Shown: positions 25,555 to 36,165 of the stretch, one piece after another
Numbering within the stretch: position 1 is the stretch's first letter
Layout of the letters: every line of letters begins with the position of its first letter
Sequence record: ON210144.1
Direction: 5' to 3' (one strand)
From: Escherichia phage EEc2
DNA length: 44,883 bases
Notes under the pieces: generated by a model
Database searches by the model: none
What the model was told of the DNA's origin: nothing
What the model saw: the letters and a program-made list of their open reading frames with translations, nothing else
Translations under genes and position numbers: made by a program

Positions 25555-27956
25555 TGGAAGTACAAGGTTCATTAGGTAGACAAATCCAAGGGATTAGCCA
25601 GCAGCCGCCAGCGGTACGCTTGGATGGTCAGTGCACAGCTATGGTTAATATGATACCTGATGTAGTGAATGGTACTCAATCACGCATGGGTACAACTCAT
25701 ATTGCAAAGATACTTGATGCGGGGACTGATGACATGGCTACCCATCATTATCGCAGAGGTGATGGTGATGAAGAGTATTTCTTCACGTTGAAGAAAGGAC
25801 AAGTTCCTGAGATATTTGATAAGTATGGGCGCAAATGTAATGTGACTTCACAAGATGCACCTATGACCTACCTCTCTGAGGTTGTTAATCCAAGGGAAGA
25901 TGTGCAATTCATGACGATAGCTGATGTTACTTTCATGCTTAATCGTAGGAAAGTAGTTAAAGCTAGTAGCAGGAAGTCACCTAAAGTTGGAAACAAAGCC
26001 ATTGTGTTTTGTGCGTATGGTCAATATGGTACATCTTATTCCATTGTAATTAATGGGGCCAACGCTGCTAGTTTTAAAACACCGGATGGTGGAAGTGCAG
26101 ACCATGTTGAACAAATTCGAACTGAACGTATCACTTCTGAATTGTACTCTAAGTTGCAGCAATGGAGCGGTGTGAGTGACTATGAAATACAAAGAGACGG
26201 TACTAGTATATTTATCGAGAGACGGGATGGTGCTAGCTTTACAATAACAACCACCGATGGTGCAAAAGGTAAGGACTTAGTGGCTATCAAGAATAAAGTT
26301 AGCTCTACTGACCTACTCCCTTCTCGTGCGCCTGCTGGTTATAAAGTACAAGTGTGGCCTACTGGCAGCAAACCTGAGTCTCGTTACTGGCTGCAAGCTG
26401 AGCCTAAAGAGGGAAACCTTGTGTCTTGGAAAGAAACAATAGCTGCTGATGTATTACTTGGGTTTGATAAAGGCACAATGCCTTACATTATTGAACGTAC
26501 AGATATCATCAACGGCATAGCTCAATTCAAGATAAGACAAGGTGATTGGGAAGATCGTAAAGTAGGGGATGACTTGACTAACCCTATGCCCTCTTTTATT
26601 GATGAGGAAGTACCCCAGACAATAGGTGGAATGTTCATGGTGCAGAACCGCCTATGCTTTACAGCAGGTGAAGCGGTTATTGCTTCTCGTACATCATACT
26701 TCTTCGATTTCTTTCGTTATACGGTTATCTCTGCATTGGCAACTGACCCCTTTGATATTTTCTCAGATGCTAGTGAAGTCTACCAGCTAAAACATGCAGT
26801 GACCTTAGATGGCGCTACCGTGTTGTTCTCTGATAAGTCACAATTCATACTGCCAGGCGATAAGCCTTTAGAGAAGTCAAATGCACTGCTTAAGCCTGTT
26901 ACAACATTTGAAGTGAACAATAAAGTGAAGCCAGTAGTAACTGGTGAATCGGTAATGTTTGCCACTAATGATGGTTCTTACTCTGGTGTACGAGAGTTCT
27001 ATACAGACTCTTATAGTGACACTAAGAAGGCACAAGCAATCACAAGTCATGTGAATAAACTCATCGAAGGTAACATTACCAACATGGCAGCAAGCACCAA
27101 TGTCAACAGGTTACTTGTCACTACCGATAAGTATCGTAACATAATCTACTGCTACGATTGGTTATGGCAAGGAACAGACCGTGTACAATCAGCATGGCAT
27201 GTATGGAAGTGGCCTATAGGTACAAAGGTGCGAGGTATGTTTTATTCTGGTGAATTACTTTACCTGCTCCTTGAGCGAGGAGATGGCGTGTATCTGGAGA
27301 AGATGGACATGGGTGATGCACTAACCTATGGTTTGAATGACCGCATCAGAATGGATAGGCAAGCAGAGTTAGTCTTCAAGCATTTCAAAGCAGAAGATGA
27401 ATGGGTATCTGAGCCGCTCCCTTGGGTTCCTACTAACCCAGAACTTTTAGATTGCATCTTAATCGAGGGTTGGGATTCATATATTGGCGGCTCTTTCTTA
27501 TTCAAGTACAACCCTAGTGACAATACTTTGTCTACAACCTTTGATATGTATGATGACAGCCATGTAAAAGCGAAGGTTATTGTTGGTCAGATTTACCCTC
27601 AAGAGTTTGAACCTACGCCTGTGGTTATCAGAGACAATCAAGACCGTGTATCCTACATTGATGTACCAGTTGTAGGATTGGTTCACCTTAATCTTGACAT
27701 GTACCCCGATTTCTCCGTAGAAGTTAAGAATGTGAAGAGTGGTAAAGTACGTAGAGTATTAGCGTCAAACCGTATAGGTGGTGCTCTCAATAATACAGTA
27801 GGCTATGTTGAACCGAGAGAAGGTGTCTTCAGATTTCCACTGAGAGCTAAGAGCACGGATGTTGTTTATCGTATTATTGTAGAGTCACCTCACACATTCC
27901 AGCTTCGTGATATTGAGTGGGAAGGGAGCTACAATCCAACCAAAAGGAGGGTCTAA
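25554..27956 (+). CDS. Tail tubular protein B (gp12-like), 800 aa
   Basis: ATG overlapping the previous stop with GGGAGG upstream; size and position match T7 gp12. Confidence 0.7.
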   Translation: MEVQGSLGRQIQGISQQPPAVRLDGQCTAMVNMIPDVVNGTQSRMGTTHIAKILDAGTDDMATHHYRRGDGDEEYFFTLKKGQVPEIFDKYGRKCNVTSQDAPMTYLSEVVNPREDVQFMTIADVTFMLNRRKVVKASSRKSPKVGNKAIVFCAYGQYGTSYSIVINGANAASFKTPDGGSADHVEQIRTERITSELYSKLQQWSGVSDYEIQRDGTSIFIERRDGASFTITTTDGAKGKDLVAIKNKVSSTDLLPSRAPAGYKVQVWPTGSKPESRYWLQAEPKEGNLVSWKETIAADVLLGFDKGTMPYIIERTDIINGIAQFKIRQGDWEDRKVGDDLTNPMPSFIDEEVPQTIGGMFMVQNRLCFTAGEAVIASRTSYFFDFFRYTVISALATDPFDIFSDASEVYQLKHAVTLDGATVLFSDKSQFILPGDKPLEKSNALLKPVTTFEVNNKVKPVVTGESVMFATNDGSYSGVREFYTDSYSDTKKAQAITSHVNKLIEGNITNMAASTNVNRLLVTTDKYRNIIYCYDWLWQGTDRVQSAWHVWKWPIGTKVRGMFYSGELLYLLLERGDGVYLEKMDMGDALTYGLNDRIRMDRQAELVFKHFKAEDEWVSEPLPWVPTNPELLDCILIEGWDSYIGGSFLFKYNPSDNTLSTTFDMYDDSHVKAKVIVGQIYPQEFEPTPVVIRDNQDRVSYIDVPVVGLVHLNLDMYPDFSVEVKNVKSGKVRRVLASNRIGGALNNTVGYVEPREGVFRFPLRAKSTDVVYRIIVESPHTFQLRDIEWEGSYNPTKRRV

Positions 27957-28678
27957 TGGCTATAGGTTCAGCCGTTATGGCTGGTATGTCTTCTATTGGT
28001 AGCATGTTTGCAGGCAGTGGTGCAGCAGCCGCTGCTGGAGGTGCTGCCGCAGGTGGCGGAGGTTTGCTAGGTTCACTAGGTGGATTCCTAAGTGGCTCTA
28101 CTGCTGGTTTCTCTAATGCTGGCCTTCTTGGTGCTGGCCTTCAAGGGTTAGGCTTGATTGGTGATCTATTTGGTGGAAGTGATGAAGCCAAGGCGATGAA
28201 GAAAGCACAAGAAGAGCAATGGCGGCAGCAGCTTATTGCTACACAAGAGGCGTACAAGACAGTGGCAGACGCAGAACGTTCTGCTGCTAAACAATATCAT
28301 GCAGATGCAATCAGTAATCAGGCTTCACTGCTACAGCAGCGAGCACAGGTTGCATTACTTGCTGGGGCTACTGGTACTGGTGGTAATTCTGTGTCCTCTA
28401 TGCTTAATGACTTAGCAGCAGATGGCGGCAGGAACCAGAGTACTATCATTGATAACTATGAGAATCAGAAGATTAATTTCACCAACCAGCTTAAGTCTAT
28501 CCAACGTGGTGGTCAGATGCAGATGCGTGAGTTTAAGAAGCCTTCTGCTATGAATACCTTGGTTAAAGGTATTCCAAGTCTGGCATCTGCCTATGTAACT
28601 GGTAGTAAGTCTGGCAAGGCATTGGGTAAAGCCTTAACTGATTCTCGCACATATTCATCTGGAACAAGAGGTATTTAA
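27956..28678 (+). CDS. Internal virion protein, Gly/Ala-rich N-terminus (240 aa)
   Basis: ATG 27956 with AAAGGAGGG upstream; Gly/Ala-rich N-terminal 70 residues; positional analog of T7 gp13/14. Confidence 0.6.
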   Translation: MAIGSAVMAGMSSIGSMFAGSGAAAAAGGAAAGGGGLLGSLGGFLSGSTAGFSNAGLLGAGLQGLGLIGDLFGGSDEAKAMKKAQEEQWRQQLIATQEAYKTVADAERSAAKQYHADAISNQASLLQQRAQVALLAGATGTGGNSVSSMLNDLAADGGRNQSTIIDNYENQKINFTNQLKSIQRGGQMQMREFKKPSAMNTLVKGIPSLASAYVTGSKSGKALGKALTDSRTYSSGTRGI

Positions 28679-31626
28679 TGGCAATTGAGCGACAAGCAGT
28701 ACAAGGTCTGCCACAAGTGCAGGCCACTTCTCCTAATGTCATGACCTTTGCACCTCAACAAGTGGGAGGTGTAGAGGCTGGCGTGGCTTCTACCTCCGGT
28801 AGTAGGTTTATCGAAGACCTTATTCGTGCAGCAAGCAGCGTGGCTGATGTTACCACTGGTATCCTTAATCAGAAGATTGAGGAAGATAAGGTTGTTCAAA
28901 TGGAACGGGCATATAACGGATTAATGCCTTCTGAGGATGCAACTCGTGGTGGCGCTCGTGCTAACATGCTTGTCAAAGCTCAACTGCTAGCTAATGATGA
29001 AGCAGCACGAATGAAAGACATGGCTACTCGTTTCCAAGGAACGGATGACGAATGGACACAACTTATGGTTGACTCTCGTAATGAGATGCAGAATAAGCTG
29101 TTCCAGCAATACCCTGAGTTGCAAGGTGACAAAGATACTATGCGTATGGTCACTAATGTCTTCCAAGAACAGCAGCCTCAGATTTGGGCTACACGAACCC
29201 AGCATAAACTTGACCGTGAACAAGCAGACCGTGAGGATACCTTTGACGGGCGAGTGGCTTCTACTTGGGATTCTAATATTGACCCTGAAGCCTCTGGCTA
29301 TGCTTTACAGGAACGAATCCGCGAAGGTCTTACTCAAGGATTACTACCTGAACAGATGCACAAGAAGTTAGTCCAGCGAGCAATTTCACTTGCACAAGGC
29401 GGTGATGTTAGCATGGCTGAAGCCCTGAAGTATGTGAAGGACGATAAGGGTGTTTCTGTTTATGCTAAGAATCCACAGCTTATCACAGCCATCACTAGTG
29501 GTAATGCAGTTTGGGCTAGGAATAATGTAGCTGATGTAACTCGTATGTCTTTCGAAGTTAAAGAATCCTACCTTGCAGGTGATTTAACTGATGAAGAACT
29601 GTTGGAACGAGCACAGCACATTAATAATCTGACAGGTAACTCTGTCTTCTCTAATCCAGAGCTAGAGGCACTGATGCGCCAACGGGCTAAGCAGAATGCA
29701 GAGCTAGGTGCAATGCAGGATATGCGACGTGAGCTTTACTCTGACCGCCTGACTGGCTTCCAAGGTAAGACTGATAAAGAGAAGAAGGCTTACATTGATG
29801 TTATCAAACAGGATAGCCAACTTTATGCAGACCAGCAAATCAAACAACGTGGCTTGGACCCTTACAGTCAAGAGGCTGAAGCTATTCGTGGTGCAGTGGA
29901 AGTGCAGCGCCTGCAATTCATGAACTCCAAAGGCTTAGTGGATGATACCTTTGAGTCTCGTATCAAAGCCATGGAATCTATGCTATCGCCTGAGCACTTT
30001 GCCAAGGGCGAACCACAGGAGTTGATGACTATTCGCCAGTTGTGGGAACAGTTGCCAGAAGAGAGCCGAGGTGTCTTTGGTGACACGGTGAATGGCTACA
30101 TGGATAACTACAACACTGCACTACAAATGGGAGAGACACCTTTGCAGGCTGCAAGGTTTGCGCGTGAAGCACAGCAGAAATTCTCTCGTACTGAGAAGGA
30201 AACCAAGAAGTTCAACTCAGCTATTGGAGATGCACTGGATGAGGTATCTGGTGCTGGCTGGTTTGATGGTAAAACCGAAGTGTCAGACTTAGGTAAAGCT
30301 ATTGCGGAAGAAGAGTTACGAGCTAAGGCCAATATGTTGTGGTCTAGTGGTATGCGTAACATGGATTCCATCAAGAAGGCTTTAATTACTTGGGGCAATA
30401 AACGCTACACTCAATCAGAGGATGCAAAGACTTCCGGTGGCTATTTCATTAAAGGTGATTACACTTCTGCATCTGATATGCTTATGTCAGTTGGGAAAGG
30501 CGTAAACCCTACCGATGTACCTCTGGCGCTTGGTAGGTATGTAGAAACACAGATGCCAGAATTGAAGAAGGAGCTTCAAGAGTGGGAAACTAAAGATGAT
30601 ATATACATTGATTACAATGAACAGAAAGGTACTTTCGTGATTCGTGCTGGTGCAGCAGGTCGCCCTCTTTCTGGAGTAATCCCTGTAACCTCTTTAGATA
30701 CCACTTCACTACTAGATTCTGCCTATCAGAAGAAAGTAGAGGAACGAGATAAAGGCGAGTATGTTCACCCTTATCGTACAGATATTGGTGCACAAGAGCC
30801 TATGCCAGCTAAACCAACTGCCAAAGATATTGGTAAATTTGGACTAGCTAACTTCCTCATGTCTTCTGCTTTTGCTTCTGGTGAGAATCTGCCTTCTAAC
30901 TTCGAGATTAACTATCGAGGTAATATGCAACAATTCTATGACAAGCTAGCTATGGATGAGAATAAAGATAAAGTTGGCTTTAATAAGGCAACTGGAACCT
31001 TTACTCCATATAAAGATGCTCACGGTGAGTCTATCGGTTACGGTCATTTCTTAACGGAAGAAGAGAAGCGAAACGGGTATATTAAGATTGGTGATGAACT
31101 AGTTCCCTATCGAGGGTCTATGTCTCAGCTTACAGAGAGCAAGGCTCGCGCTCTTATGGAGCAAGATGCCAAGAAGCATGTGCCTCCTACTCGTGACTGG
31201 AAGATTCCGTTTGACCAGATGCATCCTGCACAGCAACGTGGCTTGATGGATTTAACCTACAATTTAGGTAAAGGTGGAATCCAGAACTCACCGCGTGCTC
31301 TTGCTGCATTCAAAGCGGGTAAGCTTACGGAAGGCTTTATCGAAATGCTGGGCACTGCATCAAGTGAAGGTAAGCGTATCCCTGGTTTACTGAAGCGACG
31401 CGCTGAGGCATACAATATGGCATCTGCTGGTGGTGTGCCTAAGATTACCGAAGTGGAGACTCGTGAAGATGGCTCCATGTGGGTTAGGTTTGGTGGACCT
31501 ATGCCAGCAGGTTCTGTCTCGGCATGGACTCATAAACGTATTGGCGCGGATGGTTGGTATCAGGTTTATGAGGCTGCACCTACCAAGTTAGCTAAAGGTT
31601 CTAAGGTAGGTAAATTTAAGTTGTAG
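28678..31626 (+). CDS. Internal virion (ejection) protein with C-terminal lysozyme-like muramidase domain, 982 aa
   Basis: Near the C-terminus YKDAHGESIGYGHFLT parallels T4 lysozyme KIYKDTEGYYTIGIGHLLT, with further matching segments downstream. Confidence 0.75.
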   Translation: MAIERQAVQGLPQVQATSPNVMTFAPQQVGGVEAGVASTSGSRFIEDLIRAASSVADVTTGILNQKIEEDKVVQMERAYNGLMPSEDATRGGARANMLVKAQLLANDEAARMKDMATRFQGTDDEWTQLMVDSRNEMQNKLFQQYPELQGDKDTMRMVTNVFQEQQPQIWATRTQHKLDREQADREDTFDGRVASTWDSNIDPEASGYALQERIREGLTQGLLPEQMHKKLVQRAISLAQGGDVSMAEALKYVKDDKGVSVYAKNPQLITAITSGNAVWARNNVADVTRMSFEVKESYLAGDLTDEELLERAQHINNLTGNSVFSNPELEALMRQRAKQNAELGAMQDMRRELYSDRLTGFQGKTDKEKKAYIDVIKQDSQLYADQQIKQRGLDPYSQEAEAIRGAVEVQRLQFMNSKGLVDDTFESRIKAMESMLSPEHFAKGEPQELMTIRQLWEQLPEESRGVFGDTVNGYMDNYNTALQMGETPLQAARFAREAQQKFSRTEKETKKFNSAIGDALDEVSGAGWFDGKTEVSDLGKAIAEEELRAKANMLWSSGMRNMDSIKKALITWGNKRYTQSEDAKTSGGYFIKGDYTSASDMLMSVGKGVNPTDVPLALGRYVETQMPELKKELQEWETKDDIYIDYNEQKGTFVIRAGAAGRPLSGVIPVTSLDTTSLLDSAYQKKVEERDKGEYVHPYRTDIGAQEPMPAKPTAKDIGKFGLANFLMSSAFASGENLPSNFEINYRGNMQQFYDKLAMDENKDKVGFNKATGTFTPYKDAHGESIGYGHFLTEEEKRNGYIKIGDELVPYRGSMSQLTESKARALMEQDAKKHVPPTRDWKIPFDQMHPAQQRGLMDLTYNLGKGGIQNSPRALAAFKAGKLTEGFIEMLGTASSEGKRIPGLLKRRAEAYNMASAGGVPKITEVETREDGSMWVRFGGPMPAGSVSAWTHKRIGADGWYQVYEAAPTKLAKGSKVGKFKL

Positions 31627-31643
31627 TATCTAACTCAAGGCTT

Positions 31644-31659
31644 GTCTCACATGTGAGAC
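31644..31659 (+). repeat. Conserved palindrome GTCTCACATGTGAGAC, copy f
   Basis: Perfect 16-bp inverted repeat (extended CTTGTCTCACATGTGAGACAGG) 18 nt after a stop, followed by TCTTTAT. Confidence 0.85.
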
Positions 31660-31690
31660 AGGTCTTTATGATAGGCACTATGGAGGAATT

Positions 31691-34600
31691 ATGGAACAAG
31701 ACATTAAGACTAATTGGGCTGGATATGTCCAGTCTACTCCTGAGCCGTTTTCTATTGAGGCGGCTCCGGTATCGGCTCTTACGATACGCCAGCGTAATGA
31801 GTTACAAGAGCAAGTTCTTGAAGCTAAAGCTGATGCTGATATCTTAGGTGCTGTAGGTGCTGCCTTCCAGAATGAGTGGTTGGCATTCGGAGGCAAGCGG
31901 TGGTATGACCGTGCCACTGCTGATTTCACACCTCAACCAGACTTCGAGATACAACCTGCGCAACGTGAAGCACTACGTTTCAAATATGGTACAGATATGA
32001 TGCAGACAATCACTGAGGGTGTTCGTTCTGAGGATGAATTGAACTTCCGTATTCAGAATGCTGATGAAGACCTTGAGCGCAATAAGCGCATTGCTCAGGC
32101 TGGCTGGGTTGGCTCTGTGGCGACGATTGGCGCTGCTGTGCTTGACCCTGTGGGATGGGTTGCCTCTATTCCAACCGGTGGTGCCGCTAAAGTTGGACTC
32201 GTAGGCCGTGCTGTGCGTGGCGCTATCGCCGCTGGCGTAAGTAATGCCGCTATTGAATCCGTATTGGTCCAAGGTGACATGACTCGTGATTTAGATGACA
32301 TTATGGTAGCACTAGGCTCCGGTATGGCTATGGGTGGCGTTATTGGAGCTGTAGCGCGTGGTAGGGCCACTAAGCTCAGTGAGCAAGGAGATGACAGGGC
32401 TGCGAGCATTGTGCGCAGTGCAGACGCAGGGGACCGCTATGTGCGTGCTGTTGCTGATGATAGTATCGGTGCGATGCGTGTTAAGGGTGAAGAGGTACTC
32501 ACTGAGGGTGCATTTGATATCTCTAGCAAAGGTGAAGATTTGCTGAAAACCCTACAGCGGGAAGGTAATGCAATTGATATGACCCCTCGCCGCTGGGCCG
32601 GAACTCTGTCTGCCCTTGGTACTGTCGTACATTCCTCTCAGGATGCAAGTGTACGCGGCCTTGGTGCTCGCCTGTTTGAGTCCCCCCAAGGCTTAGGTAT
32701 GCAGAAGGCATCTGCTAGTCTCATGCAGAATACTAACTTGAACCGTCTGAAATCTGCTGATATGAATCGTTTCAACGATGGGTTCGATTTATGGCTCAAA
32801 GAGAATAATATCAATCCGGTTGCAGGTCATACTAACTCTCACTATGTGCAGCAATATAATGAGAAGGTATGGGAAGCTGTACGCATCGGTATGGATGAGT
32901 CTACGCCTAAGTCTATCCGTATGGCAGCAGAGGGGCAGCAAGCTATGTATCGTGAAGCATTAGCATTACGTCAACGCTCTGGTGAATCTGGGTTTGAAAA
33001 GGTTAAAGCAGATGATAAGTACATGCCTGATATTTTTGACAGTATGAAGGCTCGTCGTCAATTCAGTATGCACGATAAAGAGGACATCATTGAGTTATTC
33101 TCTCGTGCATACCAGAATGGTTCTCGTAAGGTTCCAAAGGAAGTGGCTGATGATATTGCACGAGCACAAGTAAACCGCGTTGCTGATGCCACCTTGACCG
33201 GACAGCTTAGCTTTGAAAAGGCTATGTCTGGTCAAACCAAAGCAGAATATGAAGCACTAATGCGCAAAGCAGGCTTTAGTGATGAAGAGATTGAAAAGAT
33301 GGTAGAAGCTCTGGATAATAAAGAAACCAGAGATAATATCTCTAACCGAGCTAAGATGAGTTTAGGCTTAGATGTTACTCAAGAGTACAATGGCATTCGT
33401 ATGCGTGACTTTATGAACACTAACGTGGAAGAGTTAACAGATAACTACATGAAGGAAGCGGCAGGTGGTGCTGCCTTGGCTCGTCAAGGTTTCTCTACCT
33501 ATCAGGCTGCACTTAATGCAATTGATCTTGTAGAGCGAAATGCACGAAATGCAGCTAAAGATACAAAAGCACACGCACAATTTGAAGCGGAGTCGGCTAA
33601 GATCCGTCAATCAGAGCCTGATTACAAGAAGGCACAAGAGAAGATTGAAGAGTTAAAGAAGCGACTTAAATTGAAAGAGAAAGATGAAGCAGCTGGTCTG
33701 GCTATTGATGAAGAAATCCGTCAGATGCGAGAAGGGCTTCGCTTGATTATGGGTAAATCTATCGATTCAAACCCACAAGATTTGTCTACTAAAATGCTGC
33801 GTCGTGGGCGTGACATTACAGGTGTACTTCGCTTAGGTCAGATGGGCTTCGCACAGCTAGGTGAACTTGCTAACTTCATGGGTGAGTTTGGTATTGCTGC
33901 CACCACTATGGCTTTAGGTAAGCAATTCCGCTTCACCTCTAAGGCGTTGCGTAATGGCGATGGCTTCTTTCGAGATAAGAATTTAGCTGAGGTTGAGCGA
34001 ATGGTAGGTTACATTGGTGAAGACAACTGGCTGACAACTAAGGGTGCGCGTCCCGATGAGTTTGGTGATGTAACCACAGTGCGAGGTATGATGGCCCATT
34101 TTGACCAGTCCATGAACTCTATACGACGTGCTCAGACAAACCTATCCCTCTTCCGCATGGCACAGGGTTCTCTGGAGCGAATGACCAATAGGCAAATAGC
34201 TTTGTCTTTCATTGACCACCTTGAAGGCAAGAAGATTATTCCTCAGAAGAAACTGGAGGAACTTGGTCTTACTCAGGAGTTCATGACTAACCTACAGAAG
34301 CACTATGATGCTAACTCTAAAGGTTCTGGCTTGCTTGGCTTTGATACAATGCCTTATGCCATGGGTGAAACTTTAGCTAATGCTATTCGTCGTAAGTCAG
34401 GTCTAATTATCCAACGTAACTTCATTGGTGATGAAGGTATCTGGATGAACAAAGCACTAGGTAAGACATTTGCACAGCTTAAGTCATTCTCTCTTGTATC
34501 TGGTGAGAAGCAATTTGGTCGAGGGATTCGCCACGATAAAATTGGTCTTGCTAAGAAGACAGCTTATGGTTTTGCTTTGGGTTCAATAGTGTATGCGGCA

Positions 34601-34999
34601 AAAGCCTATGTGAACTCTATTGGTCGAGAAGACCAAGATGAATATTTGGAAGAGAAGTTATCGCCTAAAGGGTTGGCCTTTGGTGCAATGGGTATGATGA
34701 GTACAACTGCTGTATTTAGTCTAGGTGGAGACTTCTTAGGTGGCCTAGGTGTTCTACCTTCTGAGTTAGTACAATCCCGTTATGAGGCTGGCTTTCAGAC
34801 TAAGGGTTTGATAGACCAAATACCACTAGTAGGTGTTGGTCAAGATGCATATCGTTTAGCAGATTCTATAACTAAATACGCAGAGGGCGATACAGAAGGT
34901 GTAGATGTGGCACGTAGGGCTTTACGCTTAGTGCCTCTAGCTAATGTAATAGGAATCCAGAACGCATTGCGTTATGGCTTAGATGAACTGGAGGATTAA
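31691..34999 (+). CDS. Large internal virion (core/ejection) protein, gp16-like, 1102 aa
   Basis: GGAGG SD; largest structural ORF, immediately before the tail-fibre adaptor. Confidence 0.7.
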   Translation: MEQDIKTNWAGYVQSTPEPFSIEAAPVSALTIRQRNELQEQVLEAKADADILGAVGAAFQNEWLAFGGKRWYDRATADFTPQPDFEIQPAQREALRFKYGTDMMQTITEGVRSEDELNFRIQNADEDLERNKRIAQAGWVGSVATIGAAVLDPVGWVASIPTGGAAKVGLVGRAVRGAIAAGVSNAAIESVLVQGDMTRDLDDIMVALGSGMAMGGVIGAVARGRATKLSEQGDDRAASIVRSADAGDRYVRAVADDSIGAMRVKGEEVLTEGAFDISSKGEDLLKTLQREGNAIDMTPRRWAGTLSALGTVVHSSQDASVRGLGARLFESPQGLGMQKASASLMQNTNLNRLKSADMNRFNDGFDLWLKENNINPVAGHTNSHYVQQYNEKVWEAVRIGMDESTPKSIRMAAEGQQAMYREALALRQRSGESGFEKVKADDKYMPDIFDSMKARRQFSMHDKEDIIELFSRAYQNGSRKVPKEVADDIARAQVNRVADATLTGQLSFEKAMSGQTKAEYEALMRKAGFSDEEIEKMVEALDNKETRDNISNRAKMSLGLDVTQEYNGIRMRDFMNTNVEELTDNYMKEAAGGAALARQGFSTYQAALNAIDLVERNARNAAKDTKAHAQFEAESAKIRQSEPDYKKAQEKIEELKKRLKLKEKDEAAGLAIDEEIRQMREGLRLIMGKSIDSNPQDLSTKMLRRGRDITGVLRLGQMGFAQLGELANFMGEFGIAATTMALGKQFRFTSKALRNGDGFFRDKNLAEVERMVGYIGEDNWLTTKGARPDEFGDVTTVRGMMAHFDQSMNSIRRAQTNLSLFRMAQGSLERMTNRQIALSFIDHLEGKKIIPQKKLEELGLTQEFMTNLQKHYDANSKGSGLLGFDTMPYAMGETLANAIRRKSGLIIQRNFIGDEGIWMNKALGKTFAQLKSFSLVSGEKQFGRGIRHDKIGLAKKTAYGFALGSIVYAAKAYVNSIGREDQDEYLEEKLSPKGLAFGAMGMMSTTAVFSLGGDFLGGLGVLPSELVQSRYEAGFQTKGLIDQIPLVGVGQDAYRLADSITKYAEGDTEGVDVARRALRLVPLANVIGIQNALRYGLDELED

Positions 35000-35961
35000 T
35001 GAGTTATACTTTCACAGAACATATAGCCAACGGTACGCAAGTAACCTATCCCTTTAGCTTTGCTGGTAGGGATAAAGGTTATCTTCGTGCCTCAGATGTG
35101 ATAGTGGAGTCTCTTCAAGGTAACACTTGGATTGAGGTTACATCTGGCTGGCAACTAACTGGCACGCACCAGATTACTTTTGATGTAGCACCAGTTGCAG
35201 GTTTGAAGTTCCGTATTAGAAGGGAAGTACAAAAGGAGTATCCATACGCTGAGTTTGACCGTGGTGTTACCTTGGATATGAAGTCTTTAAATGGTTCTTT
35301 CATTCATATACTGGAGATTACACAGGAGTTACTTGACGGGTTTTATCCAGAAGGATACTTCATTAAACAGAATGTAAGCTGGGGCGGCAATAAGATTACT
35401 GATTTGGCTGATGGCACAAATCCGGGAGATGCAGTAAATAAAGGGCAGCTTGATGCCATCGACAAGAAGCATACAGATTGGAACGCCAAACAGGACATTG
35501 AGATTGCTGGCCTTAAGGCTGGTATGACTTCTGGTATTGCGCACAGAACTGTTCCTTGGTACACGATAGCCCAAGGTGGTGAGATTTCCGTAAAACCACC
35601 TTATGAATTTCAAGATGCACTAGTTTTCCTTAATGGGGTGTTGCAGCACCAAATTGTAGGCGCATACTCTATAAGCAACAACACTATCACTTTCGCAGAG
35701 CCGCTTGTGGCTGGTACAGAGGTGTATGTGCTGATTGGTAGTCGTGTGGCTACATCTGAACCTAATATTCAGTTAGAGTTGAACTTTGACTTAGTAGAAG
35801 GCCAACAAGTAGTACAGATTGGCTCTGCATTTAAGTACATTGAGGTCTACCTTGATGGATTATTACAACCTAAACTTGCTTATCAGGTAGACGGTGACAT
35901 TGTTACTTTCTCAGAGGGAGTGCCAGAATGCCGGATGACTGCTAAGATTATCACAGCATAA
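34999..35961 (+). CDS. Tail-fibre adaptor protein (homolog of the T7 gp17 N-terminal domain), 320 aa
   Basis: Segment NKITDLADGTNPGDAVNKGQLDAI resembles the T7 gp17 N-terminal RRIVNLANAVDDRDAVPFGQLK motif; no receptor-binding C-terminal domain. Confidence 0.7.
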   Translation: MSYTFTEHIANGTQVTYPFSFAGRDKGYLRASDVIVESLQGNTWIEVTSGWQLTGTHQITFDVAPVAGLKFRIRREVQKEYPYAEFDRGVTLDMKSLNGSFIHILEITQELLDGFYPEGYFIKQNVSWGGNKITDLADGTNPGDAVNKGQLDAIDKKHTDWNAKQDIEIAGLKAGMTSGIAHRTVPWYTIAQGGEISVKPPYEFQDALVFLNGVLQHQIVGAYSISNNTITFAEPLVAGTEVYVLIGSRVATSEPNIQLELNFDLVEGQQVVQIGSAFKYIEVYLDGLLQPKLAYQVDGDIVTFSEGVPECRMTAKIITA

Positions 35962-35970
35962 GGAGGTAGG

Positions 35971-36165
35971 ATGATTAACTCCGAACTGGTAGATAGTGGT
36001 GTGAAGCTTGCGCCACCTGCACTCGTATCAGGTGGGTACTTCCTCGGTATCAGTTGGGATAATTGGGTGTTAATAGCAACATTCATTTATACCGTGTTGC
36101 AAATTGGGGACTGGTTTTATAATAAGTTCAAGATTTGGAGGGAGAAGCGTGAGCGTACACAATAA
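35971..36165 (+). CDS. Holin (T7 gp17.5-like), 64 aa
   Basis: AGGAGG SD; one transmembrane segment then ...IYTVLQIGDWFYNKFKIWREKRERTQ, resembling the T7 holin C-terminal half; syntenic with T7 17.5. Confidence 0.7.
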   Translation: MINSELVDSGVKLAPPALVSGGYFLGISWDNWVLIATFIYTVLQIGDWFYNKFKIWREKRERTQ

